DNA of 64,000 nucleotides from Leptogorgia sarmentosa (GCA_964658305.1 OZ210885.1:9238001-9302000), one strand, 5' to 3'. Shown: positions 49,873 through 62,795, numbered from the stretch's first letter. The notes: generated from the letters alone by a model not told the origin. A program made the numbers and translations.

Positions 49873-52694
49873 ACGAGAGAAGAACAACGTCAGGAAATGA
49901 TGGAACAAGGACAACTTCATCATCAGCAAATGGCGTACGTAATACTCGGGCAGTCGGTAACGGTGGTTCAAAACTTTCCAAGTTCCAACGTCCAGACAAT
50001 GAACGAAGCAACAGTCTCAACCGGGACCCAGACCGAGACGACAACTGGTTATGCAGTCATTACAAACGACATTGTTATGTCAAATTTGATTGTTGTGACA
50101 AGTTTTGGCCTTGTCATCGTTGTCATAACAACCAAAGCACGTGCGGTCGAAAGAAGCTGAAATCACGTGACACGAAGATGCTGAAGTGTGTATATTGTAA
50201 CAAAGTACAACAGGTAACCCACATTTTATGTCGTAGATAAAATTTGTAGGCGACGCCGAACTTGTTCCCAAAAATGATGATTATTTGTGCTAACTGACAA
50301 GGAGTATGAGATTAACAATCGTTTGCGTATTTATTTTCTGAAGTGAAGATTTTGCAATAATCAAATTTGGTATGATAAATATTATTAATAGAGAATGAAG
50401 AAATATCTATGAAATTTTTTTAGTTTGGTGAACATTGCTGCAATTGTGGTGCCAGATTTGCGCAGTATTATTGTGGAATGTGTAAACATTTGACTGGCAC
50501 CGATGATCATCCGTATCATTGTGAAAAGTGCGGAATCTGCAGGTATGTTTTAATTAGCATAATCGACATAATTAACACACTCTCTTTAGGTACACCAATT
50601 AGTCAATCGACCATAATATACATTATGATATATTCTCGGGCTTCATGAGTACCACTGCCTATATGTTTTACGAGAGTCGTAATAGAAAGCAATTACAAAT
50701 ACTCGAAACTTCTATGAGAACTATATAGCTCTGACAAAAATAAGGAATCGGGAATAAAGTGTGAGATATTAAGTTGTTTCAATCGAAAAATAGATTTCTA
50801 TCTGACTGCTAGGTCCCACTCAATTGAACCAACTATGAGTTGAATTTCACATATTCTATTCACTTTATGAATCAACCTTAGGAGGTAAAACAAGCGTTGA
50901 GTGAACAACAGATACAAGTTGGGAAATAATAGGTTTTTTGGCGGGAAATTGGTTGGGGAGTTTTTATAGGTGAAGAAATTAATGCAATGCAACATTTGTT
51001 TTATATCAGAATTCACGGAGATCGTTCGTTTCATTGTGATGTCTGTGGGGTTTGTTTGGATGTCCAACTTCGTGGAAACCACAAGTGTCGTGAAGGCTCC
51101 GCGCATGACGAGTGCTGCATTTGCTTAGAGGTACTGTTTCACTTTCAAATATGTTTCACTATGTCACTTTCATTTGTTGTATGAAGTTTTGGAAGTAATT
51201 AATCTACTATGGAAACGCCCTGTATTACGTTTTACTATATATGACCTTGCAAAACAGTTTAGTTTGAACCCCCGCCACCTACACACGTAAAAATATCACA
51301 ATTTGTATCGAATCTGTTGTGTTTGCACTGATTATCCCAGTTTGGAGAAAATAGTGTATAATTTTGAACAAGCTTGACGGGAATATCTGACATTGTGACT
51401 TGAATATCCCACATACACCACACCTGAATCACATGTTGTAGCTTCCGTTTTCGATACAAAACCTTTTGTTGCACTTTTTGAAAAGTGGTAACGCTTTTCT
51501 GGCAGTAATACAAAAAAGATACAACATGTGCAAGCTTCAGCTGACCGTACTTTCCACAATTCACGATATTTCGCAACCAATCTTCGCAAGTATACCAGGG
51601 ACCGGTTGTATAAAACTCTTAACTATCCGTTTCGTAGTTAAATGATAGTTAACTTTGAAATACGCGTTTCTGATTGCTCAATTTTCGCACTTAACTATAG
51701 TTAACTTTTACTACGTTTTTATACAAGCGGCCCCAGGACTCTTTCGTGTTTCAAAATTTTGTCTTATCGTCCACAACAGAACACGATTGCCTCTCAACTA
51801 TTGCTAAAACTAACCTACCCCTAAATAGAAAACTAATCCTATTCCCAAAGCTAACCATGACCCTAAAATCCCCTAAAACCTAACCCTAAATTTCGAAAAC
51901 CTTGTTTTGGTGGATGTTCGTTTGCGTAATCCCGTTCTTGGTCGAGTCTTTAAATATACACATGCATGCTCGTATTTTTATTGATCAATAAACTGCCTTT
52001 TTGTGCAGGATGCTTTCACTGGATGTCAAATTCTTCCTTGTTCTCATAAAGTGCACAAAGAATGTGCGACACAAATGATACGCAGCGGAATGTAAGTGTA
52101 TCTTCTATTTGAAGATTTAAGTAGAATTTGATCTAGCAGAGGGTAGCCGATAATTCTTCATTCCGATAACTACCGCGGATGTATCGAAAGAAACCCGAAT
52201 CGAATTTCAACACGCTATTACGCACAAATTTAGTCGTGAAGACAGTTTATCTTTTATAAAGGTGAATGACATACTTTTCAAACAATGAGGGAATGAAACG
52301 AAGCAAAAATATACGCGTGCGAAAATTGGACTTGTAAAAAAAACATCTAACTCCAACTCGCCCTTGTCTTTCCGCACTGTTGGAAATTGTGTTATAGGAA
52401 ACTTTAAGCGTAATCGTAACTAAAAGGAAAAGTTGACCACGTTCACAACTTAATTTCTATGTTGAAATTCAACTCAATTTTTTGGGGACCCGTGGTTGTA
52501 CGCCATGATTAAAGATCATAGAACCAGTGACCGACTTAATTATTGATTGAGTGATATGTGTTGATAGCTTTCATAGACACTAACTGCAGTATTTTCTATT
52601 TTTCAACAGCACACGCTGTCCAATCTGCCGGGAGAGTTTTGCTCACAAACTTGAGCGGCGACCACTGAGTTCACGAAAACGTCCTGGGAAATAA
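49873..52694 (+). CDS. Exons 3-7: Pirh2/RCHY1-like CHY, CTCHY and RING-H2 zinc fingers (49873-50213, 50424-50542, 51010-51130, 52009-52091, 52610-52694)
   Basis: CSHYKRHC...CCDKFWPCHRCH, YYCGMCKH...YHCEKCGICR, FHCDVCGVC, CCICLE|D...LPCSHKVHKEC...RCPICR; all junctions are GT-AG and phase-consistent. Confidence 0.92.
51599..51733. mobile_element. Intronic PIF/Harbinger-like MITE (3-bp TSD CAG)
   Basis: CAG|GGACCGGTTGTATAAAA...TTTTATACAAGCGGCCC|CAG. Confidence 0.6.
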
Positions 52695-53614
52695 CAACGT
52701 TTAACAGCCTACAGTGGCCGAGTTTTTCATTTCTATGTTTGTTTTGATGTGAATTTCTGAAGCTCGGCCAGGCTGTTCATTCCAGGATTGTAAGTATTTT
52801 GTTCCTACTATACTTATATGCAAAGTAAACAAGTGTGGAAAATACACTCTTCACGTTCACTGTTAGGGCAGCGTCACCGTGTTTTGCGCATTAATTAATT
52901 CGTTCTGTCTTAGCTGGACGAACTACGGATTTTCTTGAGCATGCGCATTGCTCCGAGACCTTGTTCACACAAATTAGTTATGGCCTCATATCACATGTTA
53001 ATGTAGCTTTCAAACGGGAAACAAACAGGAACGAATCCATACGTTAAATGTCTGTTACGATTGGCGTTCACACTATCGAACAAATATTTGTCCGGTGTCC
53101 GGCACTATACTATACGCTTAATCAAAAGTGTACGTATAGTATACGTACTGATAAAAAAACATACACGTATAGTTGATCTAAAGCTTTCATGTAATAGCTG
53201 GTCAAAACAAGCAATTATAGCTCGTCGAAAATTTGCATGTATACATTTGCCCGTATACCTGGTTCTATCTTTTATGCTATACTTTCATTATACTCGGAAA
53301 ATAAAGACTCCATTTCTGTTTTTCATTTTTATAGACCCAGTCGTTTACTTCAACTTGGTTGCTCTCAGTTTCACATTATTCTATTTTCATATTTTGGTTA
53401 GGTTTATTACTTTAATTTTAGTTAGTTTAAATTCTTTCATATTCTTGCTTTTGCATGCCCAGTTCACACGTCGAACTTTTCATGTACAGCTAACCAAACG
53501 AGCCCAGATAAAAAAAACTTAGCTCATTAACATTCATATTCAGCACATGGAAGCTCAACAATGAAAAGTACGATGTCTAAACAAGGTCTTGGCTTTGGAA
53601 AATGTGCTTGCATG

Positions 53615-54747
53615 CATAGGCGTACGAGGGGGTGGGGCTGGGGGGGCTGCAGCCCCCCCCAAATTTTTTGAGAATTCATCTATTCGGGCAAAAATTGTCG
53701 TGTCATTCGGGCAGCGACGGTCTGGTGATTAGATAAAATGTTGTTACGCTAGTAACTTTCTCTTTCTCTGTAAATCGTAATGAATATATTTAGCTCATAA
53801 TTGAAATGGCTATTGGGACGACATATTTCTTTTTATATCAATCTTCAAAGAAAAGCTTTTCATTTATAGTATTCTCAGACTATACAGGGTGTATCAAAAA
53901 GTTTACTCGCGAAAAATGTCTTTTAGGCCGAAGCGCACGCACCCCATTGCAAACCATTGGTATATCTAAGTAGTTTGAGCCCTTCGGATACATCCTACAC
54001 TAAACGTTTGCAGAAAACGACCATTTTACGACTACGAAAAGTGTTATAAAAAGCCGTAGTAAAAATGGCTTGCGCGAAAAAATGTGAGGCGAAAAATGCA
54101 ATTTGATTTGACAGCCTAAATCTATCGAACAAGTTTCATAAGTTATTCAAGTTTTGAGAAATTTGGTGCACGCTGAGACGAACGTGCGATGTCCGAAAAC
54201 TGGATTTTCCGCAATTTCTTCGCGTAATTACGTACCTTTGGGAATTAGCTTCCAATTTGCATTGGTAATTAATGCAAATATCCAATTATGCATAAATTAA
54301 TCGGTAATCACGCAGGAAAGAACGCAAAATCCAGTTTTCGGACATCGCACGTTCGTCTCAGCGTGCACCAAATTTCTCAAAACTTGAATAACTTATGAAA
54401 CTTGTTCGATAGATTTAGGCTGTCAAATCAAATTGCATTTTTCGCCTCACATTTTTTCGCGCAAGCCATTTTTACTACGGCTTTTTATAACACTTTTCGT
54501 AGTCGTAAAATGGTCGTTTTCTGCAAACTTTTAGTGTAGGATGTATCCGAAGGGCTCAAACTACTTAGATATACCAATGGTTTGCAATGGGGTGCGTGCG
54601 CTTCGGCCTAAAAGACATTTTTCGCGAGTAAACTTTTTTTTATACACCCTGTATAATATTATGATGACGTCACGAAATCTATGACGTCATGTAATTCGGG
54701 CAAATTCAGCCCAGCCCCCCCTAAAAAAATGTGCCCGTACGCCTATG
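53615..54747. mobile_element. MITE with CATAGGCGTACG TIRs and 8-bp TSD CTTGCATG (hAT- or P-like)
   Basis: Exact 12-bp TIR and exact 8-bp TSD; hosts the nested element at 53885-54651. Confidence 0.88.
53885..54651. mobile_element. Nested Tc1/mariner-like foldback MITE (TA TSD), about 330-bp near-perfect arms
   Basis: TA|CAGGGTGTAT...ATACACCCTG|TA; arms are almost identical. Confidence 0.9.
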
Positions 54748-55167
54748 CTTGCATGCAAAATTATGTTTGATCTCTTATTCTACTGAAATTAACAATTACA
54801 TTACGCGTGCTTGGTGAGCCGATCGTTGATTCGAGCATCGGTCGCACTCATCATAAGAGCCTCGAGCTCGCGTGAACTAACTAATAGACAGTTTTAGATC
54901 GGGGACGCGAACGTCAAAATGGCGTGGCATATCCATAGATGGACAAAGCACGCCATTTTAACGACGTTTTTGACGTCCACGTTCTCGACCTAAAACTGTC
55001 CGATCCAATACTTTGATTAGATTAATTCGTAGCTTCCTCTATATAAGCATGCTGATTTTTCAAGGCTTCACAATTCGCTCAAGACCTAAAAGGTATCAGG
55101 AAACAAAGCAGGCCCAGACAATATCTAGATATTGCTCCATATATATGGATTTAAAATACTTATTTCC

Positions 55168-55403
55168 ACAGGGTGTCCAAAAAAAGTCCCCTCTATTGAA
55201 ATCAGCTCTTCCGTTGTTAAACGTGCGTTGTTATGCCTTTGAGAATATAATTGAATGGTTCATGAACGACAGAAGTATTTATAACATCACGTGTTTGTGT
55301 TGCTGTTCGTCAGAAGCTAATTTAAATTTCCAGAGTTGCAATAACCCGAGATTTAACAACAGAGTGATTTCTATATAGACGGGAATTTTTTGGGGGACAC
55401 CCA
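55168..55403. mobile_element. Small degenerate CAGGGTGTCC-ended MITE
   Basis: CAGGGTGTCCAAAAAAAGTCCCCTCTAT...ATAGACGGGAATTTTTTGGGGGACACCCAG. Confidence 0.55.
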
Positions 55404-55593
55404 GTATATCTCTGCAACAATATAATTTTATTCAATAAAAAATTTAAACAATCAAGCTTTTGGCCTAGCCTTAAATGTCGTTTAGTTTCAAGTATTTGTC
55501 CGACGCTATCTCTATTTTATTGCGTCAATGATTTTGCTATCGGTAAAACTTTGTCCAAGACTATAAAGAGTAAGTAAGTTTTTCCAATGGATC

Positions 55594-55931
55594 CAGGGGC
55601 GAAACTTGCACCTTCTCAATGGGGGGGGGGGGGGTTATGGGCAAAAATGCCCTGCAAGAAAATCGAATACCCTGCAAGATAACCAGGACCGTAGGTAATA
55701 TTCCTAAATTGTTCACGAGCGGGGGGCAAAACTTTTCCGCGAGTAGGCTTACAAGCACAAAAACGTTTCATGTACACTTTAATGGCTATTTAAAACTCTT
55801 GATAGTCAATTTTTTTCAAATGAATATATATTTATTTCGTTTTGCCCTGCGAACTCCCTCTTTGCCCTGCAAAGTTAAGCATTGGGGGGGGGGGGGGGGG
55901 GTTACTAACCCCCCCTTAAATTTCGCCCCTG
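55594..55931 (-). mobile_element. hAT-type MITE, same family as 3824-4187 (8-bp TSD AATGGATC)
   Basis: CAGGGGCGAAA TIRs, exact 8-bp TSD and homologous interior. Confidence 0.9.
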
Positions 55932-58493
55932 AATGGATCCATGTAACACTGATCAGATTAATTCAAATATTCTACGATAAAATAGATTAATTTAAATATT
56001 CTACGATATTTTTATATTTTAAAATTATAATAGACCTTTGAATTGTTGCCATGTCACTCACACCAGTGTCAAAACAATGAATCGCAATGCAATCTGGGAA
56101 ACATGTTGGAATGTTAAATTTAACATCTGGGCTCAATCTGGGGAACATGTTGGAATATTAAATTTAAAGTATTCACATGCGTGGAAAGACCGTGTGATGT
56201 AAGAACTTCAAAGATCAATATATTAATCAATGGAAATATTATTAAAATATTATTATTAATAACAATTATCAGTTCCCGCTATATGTTCTTTGCATCAAAT
56301 CCCAATATGTATGGAAGTCGAAGGTTTTAAAAAGGACCGATAGCGGTGATCAATATGTTGGCAAATCTCTCATGTTAGACTGGGCATAATGTAGCTTTCT
56401 GCAACACTTTTCCCACAACATCTGCATGTTATTCTGAAAAGAAAACCGAGGGAACGTTTCTTTTCTTTGGTGTTAAGGTTCACTGAAGTAGGGTAATTTG
56501 AAAAGGTTCATGGACGTACGAGGCGGGTGATATATCCGCATTCAGATATTCATCACATGCAGTGTTTTATTTTGGGAAGATATACTTAATATTTTGTAAT
56601 AAAAATCCCTTCATGGTCAATTTGAAGAAATGTTAAACTGCTATGTTTGCCCAAGATTTTGCTCTGCTGAAATATTGAAAGGAAAAAATGTTGTTGGCCT
56701 TCAGCCAATTTTTTGTTGATTAGTACACATTTCGCTGAGATTATGAAGCTTGGAAAAAATAGTCGTCTTGATTAATCCATCAAAAAATATTAGTTAGGCT
56801 TTTTAAATGTAATCACTTCAAGCACCTCAAGTATACTGGGTTGTGTTTCATGTTTATGCATGGACAGAGAGAATCTGTGGGTAACTGTTGATGATACCAG
56901 GGTCCAGGGACGTAGCGAAGAAGGGATGCGGGGGGGGGGGGGGGGGGGGTGTCGCACCCCCCTCAATGTTGCCTCTGTCGGCAAGAGAAGAACAGCTGTC
57001 AAATTATGTCTGCACATTTTGAGGCCAGGGTGATGTGGGGAAAATATTTTGGGGGTCCAATACTCAAAAAAAAATTTTCTTGTGTTTTAATGCTATGATG
57101 TTCATCTTTGGTCAGTTATTAGGGCATGGTACCACTAAGATAAAAAAATGTTTGTCAAAGTTACTGTTGCCATGGTTACCATGTTAATTACCCCCCAGTG
57201 GTGAAAAATTGACATATTTGTAAACATGATATCTGAAGAAGTATGAATGATAAAAACCTAAAATAACTTTTGTTTAATAGTATAGCACATGCTCTTGGGG
57301 ATGAACTAGAACTATGGTGATTGAGGCAAAAATAATTTTTTTACGGACAAAATATTGAAAATAGATATTATTGGTATGGTACTGACTATCACAACTTTAA
57401 TGTTATACTAGATATTTTGATGATTCTAGTTCATCCCCAAGAGAATGCAACACAGAAGCTACACTGAAAGTTTGAATGAATAGGTTAAATACTTCTTGAG
57501 ATATCCTGCACGCAATTGGATTTTCGGTGTTTTGAGAAAAAGGCATTTAAAATTTTGACAAAGTTAAACGTTTAATAAATGCCTCATGATAACATGTTTG
57601 CATACAAAAATTATCCGTACACAAATGGTAATGATTTGGTAAGACAAATGAGATCATTTAGTACAAGTAGTATTTACCAGACGGTACATTCATGTATATT
57701 TCACTTAATGTACATGATATCATGTATTAATTCGGCTTTCAAATATCATGAATACTTTCGCCGCTGAAGTCCATGAGAGCATGTTTTTCATGAATTTTGC
57801 CTTCTCAAAGCTATTTCACTTCCTTCATTACACTGTAGCAACGAATTCTCCTGAAAATCACCGGTAAATATTGGTCAAAAACGTTGAAGCGTATGCGGAA
57901 ATTGACCAATATATTCAGTTTAGACACCGCCATTACAAAACCGTTGAAAAACGGTTGAATTCGGAATATTAAGTATATTTAAATTCAAACAACGACCGTA
58001 GTGTGACCGTAGTGTGACCGTAGTGTGACCGTAGTGCATTATGGGTAGATGTAGAAAATTTGGCGAGCTGATGTGGCCGGTGGGCAGAAAGAGGGAATTA
58101 GACTCCCCCCATACTTGAGCACTACGTCTGCCAAACATATCCGAACGCCAGTAGACACATACAACTTACATGTCTGAAGTAAAATTGCAAATATTTTTGG
58201 TGCTTCAAGACGATTTAACAATCAGCCTCCCAAACCACACAAGCACGACCAATTGTCGCTCTTTTACGTGGCATTATATCACGACGATTCTTTGCGTGAC
58301 AGGGATCGTGATCATGAGACTTTATGATGTCCTCACACAACTGCTTGAGGTTAAATCTTGGCGGTTTAGAGGTTCGTGCACGCTAGACATGCTTCGCGCA
58401 CAAAACGAACACCTTTTAAACCGCCATCTTGGCTCTGGCAGCGAGAATGGCAACTAGTCACCAGTACTATCCCGCGCAGACACGACCTTCGGA

Positions 58494-61093
58494 TAAGGCT
58501 GTCCACAAGATGCTCAGCAACTTTGGAGCAACTTCTACGATTTCAGGCAACTTTTCAAATTTCAGGCAACTTTTTTCTTTCGAGCAACTTCTTTTATTTT
58601 GAGGCAATAATCTAGTACATAATGAAAAAAACCAGCTGAAAACACAAGTTTACTGTTTACAGGTTCAATTTTCTTTTCCCCTTTTGGTATTTTTGCATAA
58701 TAAATATTTTAAAGTTTAAACTGCCACGATCAAAATCCAAAAAATAATGGTAGGCATGTTTTACTTCATCTTGCAAGCATATAGTGGATCCAACCATAAC
58801 ACAACCTAACCCTAACCAACCCTTATTTCCCCATCTTACCCTGGATCCAATTCAACCTTGCAAGACGAAGTACTTACCAAATAATACAATGGCGGACAAT
58901 GACACTTTACCAAGCTCGAGCAGTGACTCTGAGGAAAATCCAGAAGAAAATCAGTCAACCGAAGAAAATCCTTTAGAGACAGCAGCTGCAGCGGGTGCCA
59001 GACTGAGTACACCAGATAAGGCTGACATTTCCCGTAAAAGAAAAGTACAAACCAACCCCACTGGAAAGAAAAATGTCCGTGGCACTGTCGGTCCAAATGT
59101 GTCTGCTTGGGAGCGACTGAAGGAGTTTAAAGACGACTATCTCACCGTGGAATCGGGTAAGCTGAGATGTGATGCATGCAAAGAAACGATTTCTAAAAAG
59201 AAGAGCTCTGTGCAGAAGCACATTAAATCGCAAAAGCATATCAAATCAAAGGATATCATGAGGAAAAGCAAAATGAAAGATCAGAGCATCGTTGATCTCA
59301 TGGCAAGAAACAGTAGAGCAAAAGGATCTACATTACCCGAAGATATGAGACTCTATCGATATGAGCTTGTGGAAACTCTTCTAAAGGCGGGAATTCCACT
59401 TTCAAAAGCTGACGTGATGAGACCATTTCTCGAAAAACATGGGCATCGATTGACATCCCGCTCACATTTGACTGAATTTATTCCTTTGATTCTTAAGAAA
59501 GAGAAAGACACTGTTAAAGCTGAAATTGCTGCAAATGATAATTTTTCTGTAATTTTTGATGGCAGCACTAGGCTAGGGGAAGCGTTGGCTATTGTCGTGC
59601 GTTTTATTGACCAATGGAAAATCAAGCAAAGACTTGTTACATTAGAAGTTCTATCAAAGAGCCTTAATGCAGAACAACTTGCACAGCGCTTAATCCAATG
59701 TCTGGCTGTTGAGTATGCAATTAAACCGAATCAACTTCTGGCAGCAATGAGAGATGGTGCAGCGGTTAACGGGGCCGGGTTGCGTCAAGTTAATTTTTAC
59801 TTCCCCAACATTTTTGATGTGACATGTTTCTCTCACACAATTGATAACGTTGGTGAACACTTTCAATTTACAGTTCTAGAGACATTTTCAAGGTACTGGA
59901 ACACAATGTTTTCTCTTAGTCCAGCTGCCAGGTTACTATGGAAGACTAGAACAGGCACAGCAATGCTCCGTAAGTCGAATACTCGATGGTGGAGTCTTTG
60001 GGAAGTACTCAATCAGGTAGTGGAGTATTTTGGAGATGTGGAGCCTTTTCTAAGAGAAAATGATGTTTCTCCCGCATGTCGAACGAGGCTATTAGAATTG
60101 TTTGATGACCCAGTCAGTGTTCGTGACTTAGAACTTGAACTTGCAGCAATTATTGATGCTGGGAAGCACTTTGTTTCAGCGACATACTACCTTGAAGGGG
60201 ATGGGCCTTTAGTGTTTAGTTGCTATGAGCATTTGGCAGCTTTGGCTCATGCAATAGCCATCGATTCTTATCCAAACACTGAAGCAAAAGCTCGACAGTA
60301 TGCTGCTGGAAATGTGCCATTATACAATCAACTAATTGCACAAGCAAAGGCTTGCATTACCCCAGGATTTAGATTCTACCAACAAAAGTTCAGCAGGGAA
60401 TTTCATGCCACAGTCCGTGCATTCAAAGCTGCTCGATTATGCTGTCCAATGAAAGTGCAAGAACTGCACCCAGATGTAGCTTCGGTTCAGGAACTAAAGC
60501 AATTTGGATTTTTTACTGATGCTGCAATTGCCCAGCTTGTCGACGAACTTCCAAAGTATCTGGCCATTGCAGAAGGTGTAGAGATTGAAACGGAGGAAGG
60601 GAAAGTGAAGTGGTGGTCTGTTCATGAGAAGGCTCTTCCTAGCTGGTCAACAGCAGTTAAGAAGATCTTATTAGTCCAACCTAGTTCTGCTTCAGCTGAG
60701 CGGGTGTTCAGTTTGCTTCAGAATTCACTCAACAAACAGCAAGATGCTGCGCTGGAAGAAACTGTTGAGGTCTCAGTCATGCTAAGATATAACAAGCGAG
60801 ATGACTAATACATGCTCGCGAAAAGAACAGAGCAAACAGTATATTTTTGTTGTGACTAATTGTTGTGTTACTTGTTTTAGCAAGTTGAAAGCTTAAGCAT
60901 CATAAACAGTGACCAATTGGAAATTGTTGTTAATGTATTTAGGCAAAGTCGTGTGGTAATATTTGAAAACCAACAATAAAATATGGAGCAACTTTTGAGC
61001 AACTCTTAGATTTTTTTAGCAACTTTTGGGCAACTTTCTGGGAAATTTTCAGCAACTTTTTAAAAAATTTGGAGCATCTTGTGGACAGCCTTA
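58494..61093 (+). mobile_element. Full-length hAT-superfamily DNA transposon, 2600 bp, 22-bp perfect TIRs, 7-bp TSD CTTCGGA
   Basis: TAAGGCTGTCCACAAGATGCTC...GAGCATCTTGTGGACAGCCTTA; subterminal GCAACTTT repeats; intact transposase ORF. Confidence 0.92.
58889..60808 (+). CDS. hAT transposase with BED-like zinc finger (about 639 aa from the first ATG)
   Basis: CDAC...KHIKSQKH finger; FSVIFDGST, AMRDGA, CFSH, NTRWWS; C-terminal PSSASAERVFS motif. Confidence 0.93.
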   Translation: MADNDTLPSSSSDSEENPEENQSTEENPLETAAAAGARLSTPDKADISRKRKVQTNPTGKKNVRGTVGPNVSAWERLKEFKDDYLTVESGKLRCDACKETISKKKSSVQKHIKSQKHIKSKDIMRKSKMKDQSIVDLMARNSRAKGSTLPEDMRLYRYELVETLLKAGIPLSKADVMRPFLEKHGHRLTSRSHLTEFIPLILKKEKDTVKAEIAANDNFSVIFDGSTRLGEALAIVVRFIDQWKIKQRLVTLEVLSKSLNAEQLAQRLIQCLAVEYAIKPNQLLAAMRDGAAVNGAGLRQVNFYFPNIFDVTCFSHTIDNVGEHFQFTVLETFSRYWNTMFSLSPAARLLWKTRTGTAMLRKSNTRWWSLWEVLNQVVEYFGDVEPFLRENDVSPACRTRLLELFDDPVSVRDLELELAAIIDAGKHFVSATYYLEGDGPLVFSCYEHLAALAHAIAIDSYPNTEAKARQYAAGNVPLYNQLIAQAKACITPGFRFYQQKFSREFHATVRAFKAARLCCPMKVQELHPDVASVQELKQFGFFTDAAIAQLVDELPKYLAIAEGVEIETEEGKVKWWSVHEKALPSWSTAVKKILLVQPSSASAERVFSLLQNSLNKQQDAALEETVEVSVMLRYNKRDD

Positions 61094-62076
61094 CTTCGGA
61101 CCTCGAAAAATGTGAATAACTCGTTATTATGCACCAATATTACAATAAAACATTTTGGAAAAGATGAAGGTTTGTTCAAAGATAATAATGCCGTTACTTT
61201 TGAAAATTTGAAAACTTTGTATACGACCGCCCATTGACGTCACAGGCGCGGATCCAGACGGTGACGAAGGTGGCTCGAGCATCGGTCAGATTTTTCTTTC
61301 TCAGGAATTCCCGAGATTAACCGTTTTTGATAGTAGAAAAAATATTCTACGCGATTCTAATAATTGTATGTCAATTATTTGGCAGCAGCAAAAATAGGTC
61401 TATGGGAAGCAATTCAATCAAATACTGATTTCCTAATTATTCTTATGGACTCGTGTTCACAAGAAGGAAAAACGTCCAAAATACTTCCTTCTTCAATAGT
61501 ATAATCATTAATATGTATACGTTGAATTGTATGCTTTATACGCAGGCAAGTTTATGAAAAGATCGGGTGCTTAGGAATCATTCAATGAGCAAACCCAGAC
61601 TAAAATTTATCAGTGGAAATAATGCTGTTGATACAGATTAGAAAGACTGCGTCGTACGGAGTGACATGCGATCGTGGTCGGCCGGATTTGAACCTGCGCG
61701 GGAATTTCCTAACAGATTTCCACGACTACGTTGGCATTGCTATGTATTTCGACATGAATAAATCAAGAATTTTGAATATTTCAAGTTTATGGGTGTGACA
61801 ACACCGACCTCTCAATCTGCAGTCGAATTAACTGTTAACCTAGGTCAATTACCTACATATACCTTCACGGAAAGTATCAATTTTTTTATTGCCTCTGGTT
61901 TGTCAATTTTGCATTTAAATACAAACTCGTTCACGGCATGTGTCATCACGTGACTTCTTTCCGTCGACAACAGAATCTCCTCTCATCGAGTTGCAACGCC
62001 TGAGACATTACATATTAATCCAATATTTTTCTTCGTCAGTACAAAGTACATTAGAAAACATTTTGTTACCACCAAT

Positions 62077-62148
62077 GGCTTGCTGGTCTAGTGGTATAAT
62101 TCTCGCTTAGGGTGCGAGAGGTCACGGGTTCGATTCCCGTGCAAGCCC
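62077..62148 (+). tRNA. trnP: tRNA-Pro(AGG)
   Basis: Cloverleaf GGCTTGC...GCAAGCC, anticodon arm CTCGC-TTAGGGT-GCGAG, T loop GGTTCGATTCC. Confidence 0.9.
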
Positions 62149-62268
62149 TAGTTAATTAACCAAGTAAGACGTTCGGTTTTTTGAAAGCTTCCGTAATCCT
62201 TAGAAAACCTCGCGCAAAAAATTCGGTTACATTTACCGTCACGACGTCTGAATAACATCACACCAATA

Positions 62269-62342
62269 CGTCCCTGGTTGGATTCGAACCAACAACCTTT
62301 CGGTTAACAGCCGATCGCGCTAACCGATTGCGCCACAGAGAC
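62269..62342 (-). tRNA. trnN: tRNA-Asn(GTT)
   Basis: Minus strand GTCTCTGTGGCGCAATCGG...TCGG-CTGTTAA-CCGA...GGTTCGAATCC...CAGGGACG. Confidence 0.9.
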
Positions 62343-62724
62343 TGACTCCATTGAAAACCTTCCGAAAAGAAATATAAAAATAATGTATATTATTTTAGTA
62401 CGTTGCTACAACCAACCGCTTTCACGTTGTTCATTAATGAACATTCACATCCATCTACAACTGACCTACACATTCTCAGCGCTACACTCTGAAGAATAGA
62501 AACTTTCTATTTTGAGGTCTTTGCAAAACTCACTCGTGCAAGTTAATTCCAAATTCCACTCGAAACCATTCTATTAGCAATACTTATTTTTTTTCCAAAC
62601 GTAGTGAAATGGTGGAAAGATATGAAACTTGAACTAAAATATATAGAATGCTACCTACCTGTGCAGGAACATGCCTGAATTTGCCTGAAGCAACATTTTA
62701 CCTCCAGATAAGGGCGTCAACTTT

Positions 62725-62795
62725 GCGTTGGTGGTTCAGTGGTAGAATTCTCGCCTGCCACCCTTGAGACCGGGGTTTGATTCACAGCAAACGCA
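62725..62795 (+). pseudogene. Degenerate tRNA-Gly(GCC)
   Basis: Canonical Gly 5' half GCGTTGGTGGTTCAGTGGTAGAATTCTCGCCTGCCAC, but a broken anticodon stem and T loop GTTTGAT. Confidence 0.75.

Noticed and set aside
53061..53522. 153-aa hydrophobic ORF
   Set aside because: TTG start in T-rich sequence downstream of the RING gene; composition explains the hydrophobicity and no domain is recognisable.
56900..58490. A larger host element surrounding the hAT insertion
   Set aside because: It looks repeat-derived (poly-G MITE-like start, 11-bp tandem GACCGTAGTGT at about 57994-58035), but no matching termini or TSD could be defined.
58784..58888. N-terminal extension of the hAT ORF
   Set aside because: It starts at GTG and includes CCTAAC-type low-complexity sequence; the first ATG is at 58889.
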